Shown here: piece by piece, positions 39,260 through 53,767 of the stretch
Position numbering within the stretch: position 1 is the stretch's first letter
Layout of the letters: each line of letters begins with the position of its first letter
NCBI GenBank assembly: GCA_964016885.1
Contig: OZ024750.1
Span: 27,218,001-27,282,000, forward strand
Source of the DNA: Eledone cirrhosa
Lineage: Eukaryota
Length of the DNA: 64,000 bases
Reading direction: 5' to 3'
Notes under the pieces: model-generated
The model's database searches: none
The model's input: only the letters and a program-made list of their open reading frames with translations
Told to the model about the DNA's origin: nothing
Made by a program: the position numbers and the translations under genes

Positions 39260-40001
39260 TATATATATATATATGTATGTATATATGTGTATGTATATAT
39301 GTGTATATGGATGTGTATGTATGTGTATGTGTGTACACATGGACTAGAGTATGTATGTATATATGTGTGTGTCTATACGTGTGTATATAAAGATACGTTG
39401 AGTATGAAAATGTATACACATGAGCGCGTATGTATGTACATAAATACATGTGTGTATATATGTGTATGCATGTGTATATGTATGTAAGTATGAATATGTG
39501 AATTGTGTGTATATGTATTTTGTAGAGGTGTGCAAATATATTTGTGTGTGAATGCGTGGGTGAAAGGATACGTACACTTGAAAGAAAAATTTAAGTCTGA
39601 ATGTTAATTAAGTGCAAACACAAAACCAACCACGCATATCTTCACTATCTCTAATCCTTCTATAGATTTAGAAAAATAACCAATAATATATTCTATAAAA
39701 AATGTCAAAACAACAGATGGTAATCTAATTACTCACTGCCACCAAGAATTCTCACTGCTATCGAAAAACCACTCCTTCAACTATTCTTCTAACAACTTCA
39801 CCCCTCCCTCCTAATATTCTCTATAAAAACTAAATAGGTCCTCAGTAATATTATTCTGATGAAATGACAGTAAATAATAACATTGAAATATTGAATGTCT
39901 GCATAACTAAAAGTTTGTAGATAGTTGTTTTAGGTTATGTAACTGTTATAGAAACACGTGTCAATAAATTCCTTTCAACTAAACTGTATCCATTCAAATC
40001 T

Positions 40002-40059
<58 letters not shown>

Positions 40060-40080
40060 TTGCGTGTGTATGTGTGTGTG

Positions 40081-40403
<323 letters not shown>

Positions 40404-40461
40404 GTTAATTATTATAGAATAACAGGAGGCTGGACTGGGGTAATTCCTTGAAAGGTTTATT

Positions 40462-40519
40462 ATACTATGATCATTTCAATGACCGGGTTCAGTATGAATC
40501 CGGTGACATCATCAGGTAT
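40462..40519 (-). ncRNA. Minimal type-I hammerhead with palindromic stem III
   Basis: rc atac-CTGATGA-..accggattca/tgaacccggt..-GAA-ATGATCAT-A|gtat followed directly by aataaa. Confidence 0.7.
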
Positions 40520-41032
40520 TCAGAATATAACAAAGGAATATATTAGACAAAATCCATGGGGCTGAAAATCAGAGACATGAGGACGACCGAACATTCAGCA
40601 GCTTCTATCTCGGTCGACCGCCCACAATTATTTCTGTACAAATGAGAGACGTGTATTTACGCTTAAACAATGAATCAATCTGTTACAATTAATAATTATT
40701 CGCAGAGTATTAATATTGAAATGCATTTATTCGGAAGTGTGAATATAAATTATTTCTTCACAAGTAGCAAGATTATAAGCAAGCCGAGGGAGATTCAAGA
40801 GAAACAATGGAAGTAGATAAATGGGAAATATAGTGAAATATTATTTTCAGGCTTGAGACTTATAGCCATAAAACTTATAGGCATATATTTGTATAGCAGC
40901 TGTATCATGTTTTAAAAGACTGATTGAGAGAAACTTTTGTCATGCGATAATCAAAGATCGCACTCTAGAATTTGAAATCATTAAACTAAGCATGAAGACT
41001 TCTGCAAAAGAAGGCTCATTATTGTTACTCAG

Positions 41033-41217
41033 GCGGTGGATTGTCAGTATCGGTAGAGGGTCGGATGCCATGCTTTGACGTATAGAGTTACGGCCCTTGC
41101 CATTCTGAGTTCAAATCCCGCCGAGGTTAACTTTGCCTTTCATCCTTACGGGGTCGATAAAATAAAGTACCAGTAATGCTCTGGATAATTGCTGGCCTTG
41201 TGCCAAAAGTAGAAACA
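41033..41217 (+). mobile_element. Full-length tRNA-derived SINE with 15-bp TSD
   Basis: B-box gagttcaaatcc; TSD attattgttactcag at 41018-41032 and 41218-41232. Confidence 0.9.
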
Positions 41218-42806
41218 ATTATTGTTACTCAGAGATAAACGAAAATCTGAAGTTGAAATCATTTTCACCATGGTAGGAATAGCAGTTGTTATTATAACAG
41301 TATGGGATTAATGAATTCAAATATAGCTACCCTTAAGTGATCTGTTAAATTTATGTCCGGTGTTACTACGTTAGCATAGCAAATTGCATTACTAATGGTT
41401 TAGAATAGTGATACTTTTACTATTATGAGTGGGAATTGCAGCTGTTGAAAGATGTAGTGAACACTTAAGTTGATATAATAGACTTAAACATGCTTAAGTT
41501 CAATTATATCATATCATATATAAACGCAAGCCTCTCCGAGATGTTACCATACCAAGCAAGTTAGAGGTGTAATATCTTAGACGGTTAACATAAGACCATA
41601 CGTTAGGAAGACCGTCTGTAGACGCATAGGATAGGTGTACATGCACACATGTTAATACGAGGTATGCAATTTATTTAGTACTAGTCATAAGACACAAACC
41701 CGTATTCACACGGCGTAGTGCATTTTGATAGAATTCTTTATATTTCCGGAAATATTCGTTGTCAGACGTTAAAGAAGGGAAAAATTGTGAATTTTCCCTT
41801 CCCGCATGATACGAAGTTTTATCTGCATGTGGTGTTTCTGACAGAGGGATCTCTAATTTATTTTTTATGGACACGAACCCTGTCATGTAGACCCGTTCTC
41901 AAAAGTAGTATTCTTCAAGTTGTGGGTAGGTCACACGATAAATTAAGGTTTTTGTTTTGCAATTCACGCTTGCCTTAAATTTGAAAACGTCATTGATTCA
42001 AAAGGAGATTTGTCCTCTCACTTCAATAATGAACAAGTTCCGTATCAAGGGTTCCCGCATTTCTTAACTTGCATTGATTCATTGTCAGACGTAAATTTCG
42101 CCTTAATAAACGGTATTTTTAAAGTTAGGTGCTTGGCGTCTACTATATATTATTTGTGAGTCTTTTATGAGTGCTTTCATTTTGGAGGACTGCTTGAGAA
42201 TCGGGAGATATTGTTTAGCGTCTTTCATGATGTTGAAGTTCCATGGATTGTAAGTGACGATAAAAGGGATAACTGCTATTTCCCTTTTATTTTGTTGGTT
42301 TTTTTTCTCAGTTTTGTCACTGGGCTTTGTCATATTAAAGGGAATGTTCCTTTTGGTATGTGAGTTGTGTGCTGACCGGAAATTCAAGTACTTGTGTGTG
42401 TCTGTTCGTTTGTAAAATAGGTCTTTTTTAATACTTTCCCCTTCTTTAATGATAGTGATATCCCAAAACGGTCGTTCCTTTTTGTTTCAATCCATGGTAA
42501 ATTGTCTTGCTTCATGAAGCCTGTTTATGATGGAATGGAGTCTTTGTAGGTCTCCTTGGCTTCTATTAAAGAAGATGAAGCAGTCGTCTAGGTAACATTT
42601 CCAGTTGTTATTAATGTAGGTGGCAAAGTCGTGACTGAAAGCTTCTTGCAGCTGGGAATATAATTTCACCTCTAGGTGACCCAAGACGAGTGTTGCATAT
42701 GTTGGGGCTACTTTGGTGCCCATGGCTGTTCCTTTTCTGTATGTATGTATATATATATTCCTACGATTGTCTTTTTTTTCTTTTTTGCTCTCTGTTATTC
42801 CGAACT

Positions 42807-42872
<66 letters not shown>

Positions 42873-42886
42873 TTACCTTTGAACAG

Positions 42887-42983
42887 AAATACAGGCACAA
42901 CCACCAGATGCCACTTATGTCCTGTTAGTTACGGTGTTACCTTTTCTGGTAATTGTAGCTGCGTCTACATTATTCATTTACAG
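42887..42983 (+). CDS. Gene 1 transmembrane exon (IQAQPPDATYVLLVTVLPFLVIVAASTLFIY)
   Basis: ttttacctttgaacag acceptor and cag|gtatgt donor; phase-1 entry matches the EGF exons; ~21 hydrophobic residues; phase-2 exit. Confidence 0.8.
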
Positions 42984-43984
42984 GTATGTGATTTATTGTA
43001 TCAATACAATTGTTAGCAGTAATTGGTGAATTTCAATCTGTCTGATGTTTAGATTTAGAATCAATAAAATTGTATTTTTCTTTTATAATTGTATATTGTG
43101 TAATTGACCTCCGTATGTTTCAGCGATGAGTTTTCAATATGAAAACTTATTTTCCCAGTTAGGTTGTTCGGTGAATATTAATGACCACGTATAATATTAA
43201 ATGTACTAATTGCAGTCGTTTGACTAATTATTGCCTCATAATTTGACCAGGACATTTAACAAATTTCTTTTTCATACAAACATAGTAATTGTGTTTGATG
43301 GGCTAAAACAAGCTTTGCCTTGATGTTATTTTAATAGAGATACATCAGGCATAAAGTTGGAAACTGTAAAGTATTACATCATGTTCTCAATATTGTGAAT
43401 TTCCTATATATTTCATATTAGTATTTTATTGTTTTGACTAGAAATATTTTGATTAGCTAATTACATTTTCTATAGCCCAAGCAATATTAAGTTTATTTTT
43501 TATACCGTTACAAGTACAAAATGTCACGAATCATAGGCATACTTATTGAAACAGTTTATAATTGAGTCTAATATGCTAGAATCTTTTAAAAAAATCCTTT
43601 AAAAATACTCGTACGAATTAAATACAAAAGTTTCAGTCGAAAACAAAAGCAAATTATTTCAAATTATATAATTTTGAAAAATAGACGTGAATGTTCTCAA
43701 AGACTTGATTTCAGTCGAATAATCTTTTTTTTAATTTTTATTTCTTTATTTCACTTTTAGCTGTTGCCATATTTGAGTGGATAGACAATTCTACAATTCA
43801 AACTGTAAAGTCAAAACATAAAAGATACAAAATGTGAAGGATTTCTTACCTTTCTCTGGAATCACAAACTCAAGGGAAAACTAGTACCTTACAAAATAAA
43901 GTGCTTCGATCACAAACTTAGTTGCAACGAATAAATTGAGATGCTTGATGACAGTGAGCAAGCAATACCTGTAACCCTTATATA

Positions 43985-44042
<58 letters not shown>

Positions 44043-44120
44043 TAGATACACACACACACACGTATATATATATATGCACACACACAAACACACACACACA
44101 TATGTATATATATATATATA

Positions 44121-44318
44121 TAACGAAGGAGGTGTGGTACGGAACCAGATGGAACATAACGCACCAGAGTACTCAGAACTTAGGGTAGTAGAGTGGGTAA
44201 TAGGAAAATGTTTAACCCCGACGGCAGAGCTCAAACCGTTTCGACGGCTATTTCTGGACTCCAAAAATAGCCGTCGAAACGGCTTGAGCTCTGCCGTTGG
44301 GGTTAAACATTTTCCTAT
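44121..44318 (-). mobile_element. Fold-back half-hammerhead element
   Basis: Hairpin at ~44199-44318 plus a tail, within (TA)n. Confidence 0.7.
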
Positions 44319-44938
44319 ATATATATATATATAAATTTATATATATATATATCTATATATATATATATACAGCAGCATCCCAAACCACCAAAATGTTATC
44401 TCGACAGCATAATACATGTGTCCCTATATGTATTTTGCATGTAGGGATATATACTTTATTATTATTAATCTCCCCTGGTCGAGATAACATTTTGGTCGTT
44501 TTGATTGCTGCTATTTTTAGTGGCAGTGGTTTGACCTTTCTGCCTCTGCCTTCTATCTTTGCACACGGCACTGGACAGAATTGCTTCCACATCATTCATT
44601 CTCATCTCGGGAACAATTTTGAATAGCGCCAGTTCGTAATTTGAACTCGGGAATTTTATATTCTCCAAGTGAAAAGAACCTTCTGACGAGAGTTTTTCTT
44701 TTCAATGGATGTCCGTAAGGACTATCCATGTAACTTTGAGACTTTAAACCGTACGGTAAAGGTAACTACAGCAGGTACAGTGAATTTTTTAAAATTTATT
44801 TTAAAACTATTTCTTATTTGCTAAACCTTGAATATATATGTTCTGGCTCGTTAATTTATTAACCTGCCATAGAACCACATTGGCAAATGGTTGGATAATA
44901 CATGTGTCCCTATATGTATTTTGCGTGTAGGCATATAT

Positions 44939-44988
<50 letters not shown>

Positions 44989-44991
<3 letters not shown>

Positions 44992-45198
44992 CGAAGGAAA
45001 TGTGGTAAGGAACCAGGTGGACCATAACGCACCAAAGTACTCAATACTTGAGGTAGTAGAGTGGGTAATAGGAACCAGTAAGACCCCGACAGCTGAGCTC
45101 AAGCCGTTTCGACGGCTAATTCTGGACCGGCTAATTGAGTCCAGAATTAGCCGTCGAAACGGCTTGAGCTCAGCTGTCGGGGTCTTACTGGTTCCTAT
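44989..45198 (-). mobile_element. Fold-back half-hammerhead element
   Basis: Hairpin at ~45068-45198 plus a tail, within (TA)n. Confidence 0.7.
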
Positions 45199-46242
45199 AT
45201 ATATATATATATATATATATAAAACTACATACATATGTACATACATTTACGTATGTGTATAACTATAGATTTATAGATTTGTATATATGCATGCATTTAT
45301 GTTTAAGTGTGTGTATATGTGAGTTGATTTATATTTTTTGGGATAAGGAGAACATTTTGACTCCAGATTTTATTACATAGGGAGATTAACTACAACAGTT
45401 TTTCCTCCTCATCAAACACCAACGCCGGCCTGTATCTGTATACATGCGTGTGTATGTTCGTATGTATGTATAAGTATTTACCCACACCTTTCATCACCAT
45501 TGCTACATTTTCCTGTCATTTCTGTTCATGTTGTTCTTGTAACTGTTGTCATAGTTGAGTAGCCCTTAGTTTCATTTTCTTTGATTTCTTTCGTTTTTTC
45601 TTTTATCTCTCTAAGGAATTCGTTGACAAGCTTCTTTTATTTATTTTCTTCGTTTTCTTCATTCAAATGCGTCCACACTGGTTGTCTCAGAGACGTACAA
45701 ATATGGCTTATAAATGTTCCAAAGTAAAGAGACTTCCAGCGCCCCCAAAGCTTCAAACTCCTACCTAACGGCCCTTGCTCCCTAATGACCCCTTGCTCCG
45801 AAACGCCCCCGAGAGTTCATATGCCCCCTGTTGAGAACCTTTTGGTTTAGACAGATAGCATATTGTATTGTATAATAAAAATCATCGATTTGGCCGAAGA
45901 CCAAACAATTCCAATGGGGATGTAATTGTTTAAAACTAACGCAGGATAAACAGATAATTTGAGCACAATTCAAGGACATATTTTAGGGCGAGCTAGATGT
46001 AAATATATCAAGGTCACAACATGTCATTAAGAAAAGCTCGCTACCGCCTCTGCTAACCAAAACCTTTCGGAAATTAAATAATATCCTAATTATGAAGAAA
46101 CCAAATGTAATATACTATTATAGCTTTTCACTACTACATTAGTCCATCTCAAACCCATCTGGAGATAATTTCCTGTTTAATAACTGTATAATTTACTGGA
46201 GTTGTGGTTTACTAATTGTATTCCTTTTCTGTTGTTGTTTAG

Positions 46243-46462
46243 GATGAGGTTAAACAAAGATTACAGTCATCACGATGATAATAATGAAGACGACGGCATT
46301 GTTAATGATGGCAATAATGTTGATGCTGATGACGATAATGATGATGAGGATAAAGATGAATCCGATAATGATGAATCCGATAATGATGATAATGATGATA
46401 ATGATGATGCCGATAATAATGATAATGTTGATGGCGAAAAAGTTAAACAATTCCAAGGTTAA
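46243..46462 (+). CDS. Probable gene 1 cytoplasmic tail exon, Asp/Asn-rich
   Basis: Branch-like tactaat, pyrimidine tract and tttag acceptor; phase-2 entry (AG+G=Arg) continues in frame as RMRLNKDYSHHDDNNEDD...KQFQG*. Confidence 0.6.
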
Positions 46463-46650
46463 ATATTCTATGGACATAGAAAATGAGATGTGATGTTGAT
46501 TGTGGTCTTAGCAAATGGTGTGTTGTTGTTGGTGAACTAACAAATTTCCTTTTCGTTTGGAAAATTGGTCATAACTCAGAAATATGAAATATATGGCAAA
46601 AGTATAGACATTATTTTGTTTTAGTCTTAATTTTGAACAAAAAGGATATA

Positions 46651-46820
46651 CCATATTTCCCGGCGTCGAAGACGGTACTTTTTTTCCCAAAATAAGTCTC
46701 AAAAATTTACCATGCGTCCTGTAGGCCGAAGGCTGCTTATTATTTATTATTCAAATTTTTGGTTGTCAAAATTAGGGTGCGTACTCGAGGACGAAGCGTC
46801 TCCGGCGCCGAGAAATATGG
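46651..46820. mobile_element. Tc1/pogo-like MITE
   Basis: ~24-bp TIRs ccatatttcccggcgtcgaagacg / cgtctccggcgccgagaaatatgg flanked by TA. Confidence 0.7.
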
Positions 46821-46869
46821 TAATTCAAGCCCTTTAAATATACCATATTGTTGTGAATTATTTTCTCTG

Positions 46870-46991
<122 letters not shown>

Positions 46992-47049
46992 GTATATATC
47001 TATATATATATATGTATATATATATATAGATATATAATACATATATATT

Positions 47050-47171
<122 letters not shown>

Positions 47172-47804
47172 ATAATAAGTTACCATTTAAGGTAATCCAG
47201 TTAGAGGTTGTTAATACTGTAAATAAAACCCTTTTTGTACAGCCAACCATGTAATTCTTTACTCTTTCCCTATATATATATATATATTTATGTAGCGAGT
47301 ATAATCAAAATTCTAACTTTTAAGTACAAAAATTAGGGTTATTTATACAGCTATCCACCTTCCATACCAACATATACGGTACACCTTTTAACTACAATAT
47401 ATTGGTATCAATATTATAGAGATATCGAGGGATAGTGATTGGTAGAATTAGTAAAGCACCGTATAAGATGCCATTGCGGGATTATTCTGGCCCTTTACAG
47501 TCAGATCTTAAGGTAAACTTTCCTTCTTCCTACTGGAGTCGAGAAAATTAGGTACCAGGTATGGGTTTATTTAATCAACGTTACATTTCTCTCCTTCATT
47601 CGGATTCGGTAAACAACTGCTGTTTATTTCATTAACTTTCTTCTTCCCTAAATATGCAGGTCTTGTGCCTAAATTAGAGATACATTTAAAAGTCATGACT
47701 CACTGTAACTTAACCCTTTAGCGTTTAAACATGCCATATCCGGCTAGAATTCTCTCACTTCTTTCTGTTCAAACCGGCCATAACCGGCCACTGATATCGG
47801 AGGT

Positions 47805-48160
47805 TAAGGCCACCATATCTAATAGGTAAAATGGTCTATTGCCATCCAATGTCATCAAACCTGCCGCTCGGATACAAGTATCGAGGTCAGCGAGGAGAGA
47901 TTCGTGGCTGTAACACGGAGCATTGCGAAGGGTATAGAGGAGCTTCGGAATGGAGAAGCAGTTCCTTAATAGGAAGAGGGCTGGGTGGCCGTCAATCAAG
48001 CCCAGTCGGCTCGTGAGGGTCTTGAGTTGCTGGAGCCTGGACCTGATGGTGGAGTTGATGGCCGGCGGGTGGTTCGGTGACCCGAGGATGAGGACATCCT
48101 CTTTGGGGGTCACCTGTACCTGGTGGAGAATGGACCGCACGTCCGAGACGGAGGCTGTTA
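47805..48160 (-). mobile_element. Fragment of the CRE-like retrotransposon at 51350
   Basis: ORF 47769..48140 matches 52199..52561 (TPKEDVLILGS, LFLLRNCF.IPKL). Confidence 0.8.
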
Positions 48161-49084
48161 AGGTATTGTTCTCAAAATAGATAATATCAAAATCTCATAG
48201 ATTCGATATTATGTGAGATAATCATGTGAGGTAAAGCCTTTATTGCGACAATACAATAGTAAATATAGAGAAATGCAAATGCTTAAGGTTTAACAAAGAT
48301 GCTGATAGTGGGGAAAGAGTCATTCTCTCTTATATACACATATATACACCATGTCCGAACAGAAAAGGACCAAACTTCTTCCGCTGTCTCTGTCTTCATA
48401 TATCCCGATCTTCCCATCTCTCATTATTGTGAACAAATGGGGGCCCAGGCGCTGGCCGCCCCGTGGCCCCGGCTGACAGAACAGAGAAGGCATTTCCGCG
48501 GAGGATGGTCTGGGAGAAGCGCTGAAAAAGTTGATCTAGAGAATACACGAGACCAAATAACTTCCTCTCTTCTTAATATTTATATTTAATGGAATCATTC
48601 TTCCAGAAGATTGGCTGGACACGCTTGGGGATGCAGTCGGATCAGTTGGAGAGAGTTGCTTCTGACACGACCCACTGGAAGGAGTGTTTGAGAACTCTGC
48701 CTCCACGACCCTCTCAGGAATAAGTGTGTTGAGGAGGAGGAGAGGATTCTCATTGAATATAAAGTAGTTGAACATCCTACAGACATATGTAAAATATTCT
48801 TAATTCTCAGGGAGATTCAGCGTGATTCAGTGTGGGACAAGACTGGTTCTTTGATTTACAGGTATCATAGGTACAAATCACCTTCATGAGTTTCCTAACC
48901 ATTTCCAACTCCCCATTTTTACTCACAAGGCATGGGTTCACACGAGGCTATGTTCACTGATATTTGCTTAAATTGCTACGTGGGTGGTATTGAAACAACG
49001 ACTTAATGGTTGCAAAGCGAACGTTTTAACTATACGTCCATTTGTTATGACCACTTAGGCCATATATGGTTTTTTATATAGGAG

Positions 49085-49485
49085 ACAAGGCCAGCAATTT
49101 TTGGGGAGGGAAAAGTCGATTAAATCGAACCAGTGCTTGACTGGTACTTTATTTCTATCGACCCCGTAAGGATGAAAGGCAACGTTTACCTCGGTGGGAT
49201 TTGAACTCAGATAATGAAGGACCGTAACTTTATGCTGCAGAGCATGGTGTCCGACGCTCTACCGATACAGCCAAACAACCACCCTTCAATTATGCCAACT
49301 TTTATGCCTCTTACACTCCAAGGATTGGTGGTGAATTGGCAAAGTCGTCAGAACGTCGGATAGAATTCTTTATAATATTCATTTCGGGTCTCTGCTCTCT
49401 GAGTTCCAATCCCGCCGAGGTCAACTATGCCTTTCATCTATTCAAGGTCAATAAAAAATGTACCAGTAAAGTACTGCGGTCAATC
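49085..49485. mobile_element. Two divergently oriented, decayed SINE copies
   Basis: - strand copy ~49085-49285 (gggatttgaactcag); + strand copy ~49325-49485 (ctgagttccaatcccgccgaggtcaac). Confidence 0.7.
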
Positions 49486-50281
49486 CCTCCTCTATATCTA
49501 TTTCTCACTTCCCATTCTCTCACTCTCTATCCTTTTCTGTAAGGAAGCTACTGTATTCAGGCCTGGGGAGAAGATGGGAGCCGCCAAGTATTAAAAAAAT
49601 GCCCTTGAAACGCCGTCCGTCGATATACCGCCCCTACGACTTCCATACCATATATACCATACACTCTAGGGAGGCTATACTGTTCTATAATATTTCTAAG
49701 TTTAGATCTAGCTATACTTCTGTTTGTTCATCGACCTGCGACGGCAATTGCGTGCGTTTATTAAAAGCTAAAGTCGTGGCGTGGACTCGTCGCCGGTCGA
49801 ACGACTTATCGGAGGGATTATAAAAAGTAGAGTTCCAGGCTGCTGCTTTATGTGTACTAGTGCTATTGTTATTGTTAGTTGTGTTGTTTCTATTTCTATT
49901 TCCACCAACAGCCTCATGGTTGTTTCTATGTCCCTCATTATTACTCCTGTCTCTTTCCTCTAGCTCATTGTTATTATCTACTCTATTTTCTGTGTCTGTG
50001 TGTTCGTCTTGTTTATTTTCTCTGTCCATAGTCTCCCTTCTCCTTCACTGAAGAGGTCACAGAATGTGTGACGAAAGAACTTTGACAATGTATAAACAAC
50101 CATCTGATTGTGGAACCAACTAACCAACCGGAAATTTATAAATTCCTAAATTTATAAGTTTATTATAATAAATTGAAGTGAAAGCAACTGGTGCGTGTGT
50201 TTCTTATTGGCAACATGACCCTCCCAAAGTATAACAATATATATATATATATATGTGTGTGTGTGTATTTGTGTGTGTGTG

Positions 50282-50385
<104 letters not shown>

Positions 50386-50671
50386 CAAATAGTAACAAAG
50401 AAAAGAATTCAGTAGAAATTGGTGGAGAGATTTTTTTTCAGTATAATATCAAAACACTTAATTATAAAGTGGGTATTTTCGCTTTTAATAGTGGTACCGA
50501 TTTCAGCATTAAATGCTTTTTCAACTGCGGATGTGCATAATGCAGTTAAGTTGCATATTCATATGAATGATAAAAAGGGGAAGAAAAATTAATACTTTTT
50601 ACATAAATATGGAGAGGAGAGTTTATATTTCTCTCCGTGGTTGTCCTTCGTTCTTCCCCCATCTCTCTCTC

Positions 50672-50780
<109 letters not shown>

Positions 50781-51349
50781 AAGTGTTGTAGTTTTACCAG
50801 ATTTAAGTCGTTTGGATCTATTCGGGACATGTCAGGAAAATACATCTCTTCTCTTTCTTCCCCTCGGTTTCATCTGCCACGACAGAACTGAAAATGCCAC
50901 GATTATTTCTCTTCCCATTCTGTATCAATAAATAAATGAATTTATAATACTAAATCAAGAAGCTGATTCATAGCCAGCTTGACAGCCGAAATAGGTAGCA
51001 CCAACAATTATTACTAGCATTAACAACAGAAAGGCAACGACAGCAACAGAGACAATAACAACCACCCGCATCTTCGCTGTAAAAAGCCATTCGAACCCCA
51101 GCAGCCAGGCTGGCAGCCGAAATAGGAATCAGTATCAACTACCATTGCCATTAACAAGAGGAGACATACGATAGCAGAAGTGACAATAACAACAACAACA
51201 TATATGTGTATACACCAACACCATAGCAGCAATCACTACCACTACCATTAACAAGAGGAAGCCAACTCCAGCATCAGTGACAATAACAATGTTTGGGTAT
51301 TACCACTCGCAACAACCCTTCCATTCATTCATTTATTTATTTCTACTTT

Positions 51350-53480
51350 CTAGTGTGCCCCCTCCGTGCACCCCCTTCTCTTCGATCTTCTCTTCTGTTG
51401 CCTCCATATCTGGTGAGCTCCTGGCTGTCCTGTGACACAAGCTCCCTGAGCCACCTGTTGACCTACCTCCACTCGACCCCCACCTGCCTCTTTCCAGCTA
51501 GCTGTAGCGTAGGTGCTGATGGTCTCCGACCTAGCCACCTCAAGGAGTTGCTATCCCCACTCTCCGCTGAGGCCGGCCACCGCCTTCTGAGTGCAATTGT
51601 GTCACCAATAGGCGTCCTGGATCCTCACGCCCGAGGCCTATTTTTTTCGGCTTGCCTGACTGCTCCCAAGAAGAAAGGGGGTTGTATACGCCCCATTGCT
51701 CTGGGTAATTTCTTCCGGAGGCTGGGTGCTAAGGTAATCTGCAGGTTCATAACACCTGAACTGGATGAGGAGTTCAGTCCGGTGCATCTGAGTGTCGGCG
51801 TGTCCGGTGGCTGTGAGGGGGCGCACATGCAACCTGGCAGTTTTCTACTGGAATCGGCATCCAGGGACTCCAGGCACCTCATTATCAAGCTTGACATGAG
51901 GGACCATCTGCTCGATGACTGTCTCAGCCGAACCCTCTCCGGCTACCGGCTGGCCTACCTGTCATATGGAGACCCGAGCATGCTCCTTGCTGCTGATACG
52001 GTTACCTTCGGCCACTGGAGGCCTACAGGGTGACCTTTTGATCCCCCTCCTGTTTGCGCTAGGTATAAACCACATTGCCTGTAGTATCACGGTCCCTCTC
52101 AACGTTTGGTACCTGGATGATGCTACCCTGGAAGACGCCGGAGAGACTGTCTGCCATGACCTTCAATCGGCCTCCAGGTCAACTCGTCCAAGTCGGATGT
52201 GGTGACTGTCAGCCATGATGCTGAGAGCTTTGCAGCCTCCGTCTCGGACGTGTGGTCCATTCTCCACCAGGTAGAGGTGACTCCCAAAGAGGATGTCCTC
52301 ATCCTCGGGTCGCAGATCCACCCGCCGACCATATGCTCCACCATCAGATCCAGGCTCCAACAACTCTCAACAGCTCTGTTCCTGTTGAGGAACTGCTTCG
52401 CCATGCCTAAGCTCCTCTGCACGCTTCGCAGCGCTCGGTGCTACAGCCACGCATCTCTCCTCGCTGACCTCGATACTTGTATCCGAGCGGCAGCCGAGGA
52501 GATATTCAACGTCAGGTTTGTTGATATTGGATGGCAACAGGCCACTTTACTTGTCAGATAGGGTGGCCTTGGCCTCCGGTCCCCGATCTCGCTGGCTTTG
52601 CCGGCGTTTCTTTCATCGGTAACCTCATGCCACGTCCTCATCAACAGGGTTCTCCAAAACAATGGATCCCTATATGATCAAGGAACGTGACGTCGCCTTT
52701 GAGACGTGGAACCGGCTGGAACTTAGCACAGTAGACGTCCTTCTTCCTTCTCCCCCTGATGTAGTTATGTCCCCCCAAAGCATTTGGCATGCCATCCAGT
52801 GCAGCCTGGCCTCAGACATGCTTATGCGCCAGCTCGACCAGTACCGCCTTGCTTGTTTTCACGCGGCCTCCAAAACCCACTGTGGTGCCTGGCTCCATGC
52901 CTGGCTCTCCTTTCACCACAGGCACGCATGTGGAAAACGATAACGTGCGTATCGGCGTTTGCTTAAGCTTGCCCTCCGGATCTACGAGCCACAAAAATGT
53001 CGTTGTGGATCCATCATGGACACTTTCGGCCTACAACCACTTTCCTGTCACCACAGTTCCAGCCGCCTTCCATGCTATGCTGTCCTCAACGAACTCATAA
53101 AGACTGGTTTGCACGCTGCAGGCTTCCCTTCCCAACTCGAGCCGGTGGGGCTGGACCGAGGGGACGGCAAAAGGCCAGACGGTATGACCATCTTCCCGTT
53201 CCACGGAGGCAAAACCCTCGTCTGGGTTGTCAGGTAGTGCTGCCCGTCGCTCTGAGGAGGTCAAACTCACCAAGTACTAGTCGCCTTCCGACAAAAGAAA
53301 CTTCTGGTGTCCTTGGCCCTAGGGCTACCTCTCTATTCACCACCTTAGGCGGTGTGTGCCTCTCGAGTTGGAATGGCTCTTCCAGAACATCTCCGTCACC
53401 ATCCTCCGGGGAAACGCCTTCTCCATTCTGTCCGCCGGGGCTGTGTGTGTGGGGGGGGGGGCAGCTCTTTGGAGCCCATT
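51350..53480 (+). mobile_element. Decayed CRE-clade non-LTR retrotransposon (RT + RLE)
   Basis: Frameshifted motifs GADGLRPSHL, IRPIALG..RRL.AK, GVSGGCE, WYLDD, GAWL, CRCG..D.FG..LSC, EPVGLDRGDGKRPDG. Confidence 0.8.
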
Positions 53481-53767
53481 TGCTCACCGTACGGATTAAG
53501 ACATATAAGCTCTCTTTTTCTTTTATTTACTCTTTTACAATTAAAAGGTTAGTCTTATATAATACTGAAGTAAAAATAAATGCAAGCAAATTATATAGTG
53601 AAATAGAACATGAGTAATCTACTGATGTTTAGCACAAAGAGTGCACACGTCGTCTCGAGACACTGAACGCTAACGATAATTCCGTTAGCATCGTCGTGAG
53701 GAACGCCACTCAGACAAATTCTTCGGAGTTTTCCTCACTTTCGATTTATAATTTAACCGGGCTTGCA

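Larger units (their letters stand above)
40410..42730 (-). mobile_element. Decayed Penelope-like element (RT, GIY-YIG region, terminal hammerhead)
   Basis: ORF 42487..42723 MGTKVAPTYATL...YLDD; ORF 42103..42387 SAHNSHTKRNIPF, PFIVTYNP; hammerhead at its 3' end. Confidence 0.75.

Noticed and set aside
39850-39905. Further CTGATGA...GAAA-like matches (also ~37657, ~50490, ~60441)
   Set aside because: Stem I or the core could not be completed, so they were not called.
41033-41217. tRNA gene
   Set aside because: It has a B-box only, no cloverleaf, is multicopy and has TSDs, so it is a SINE.
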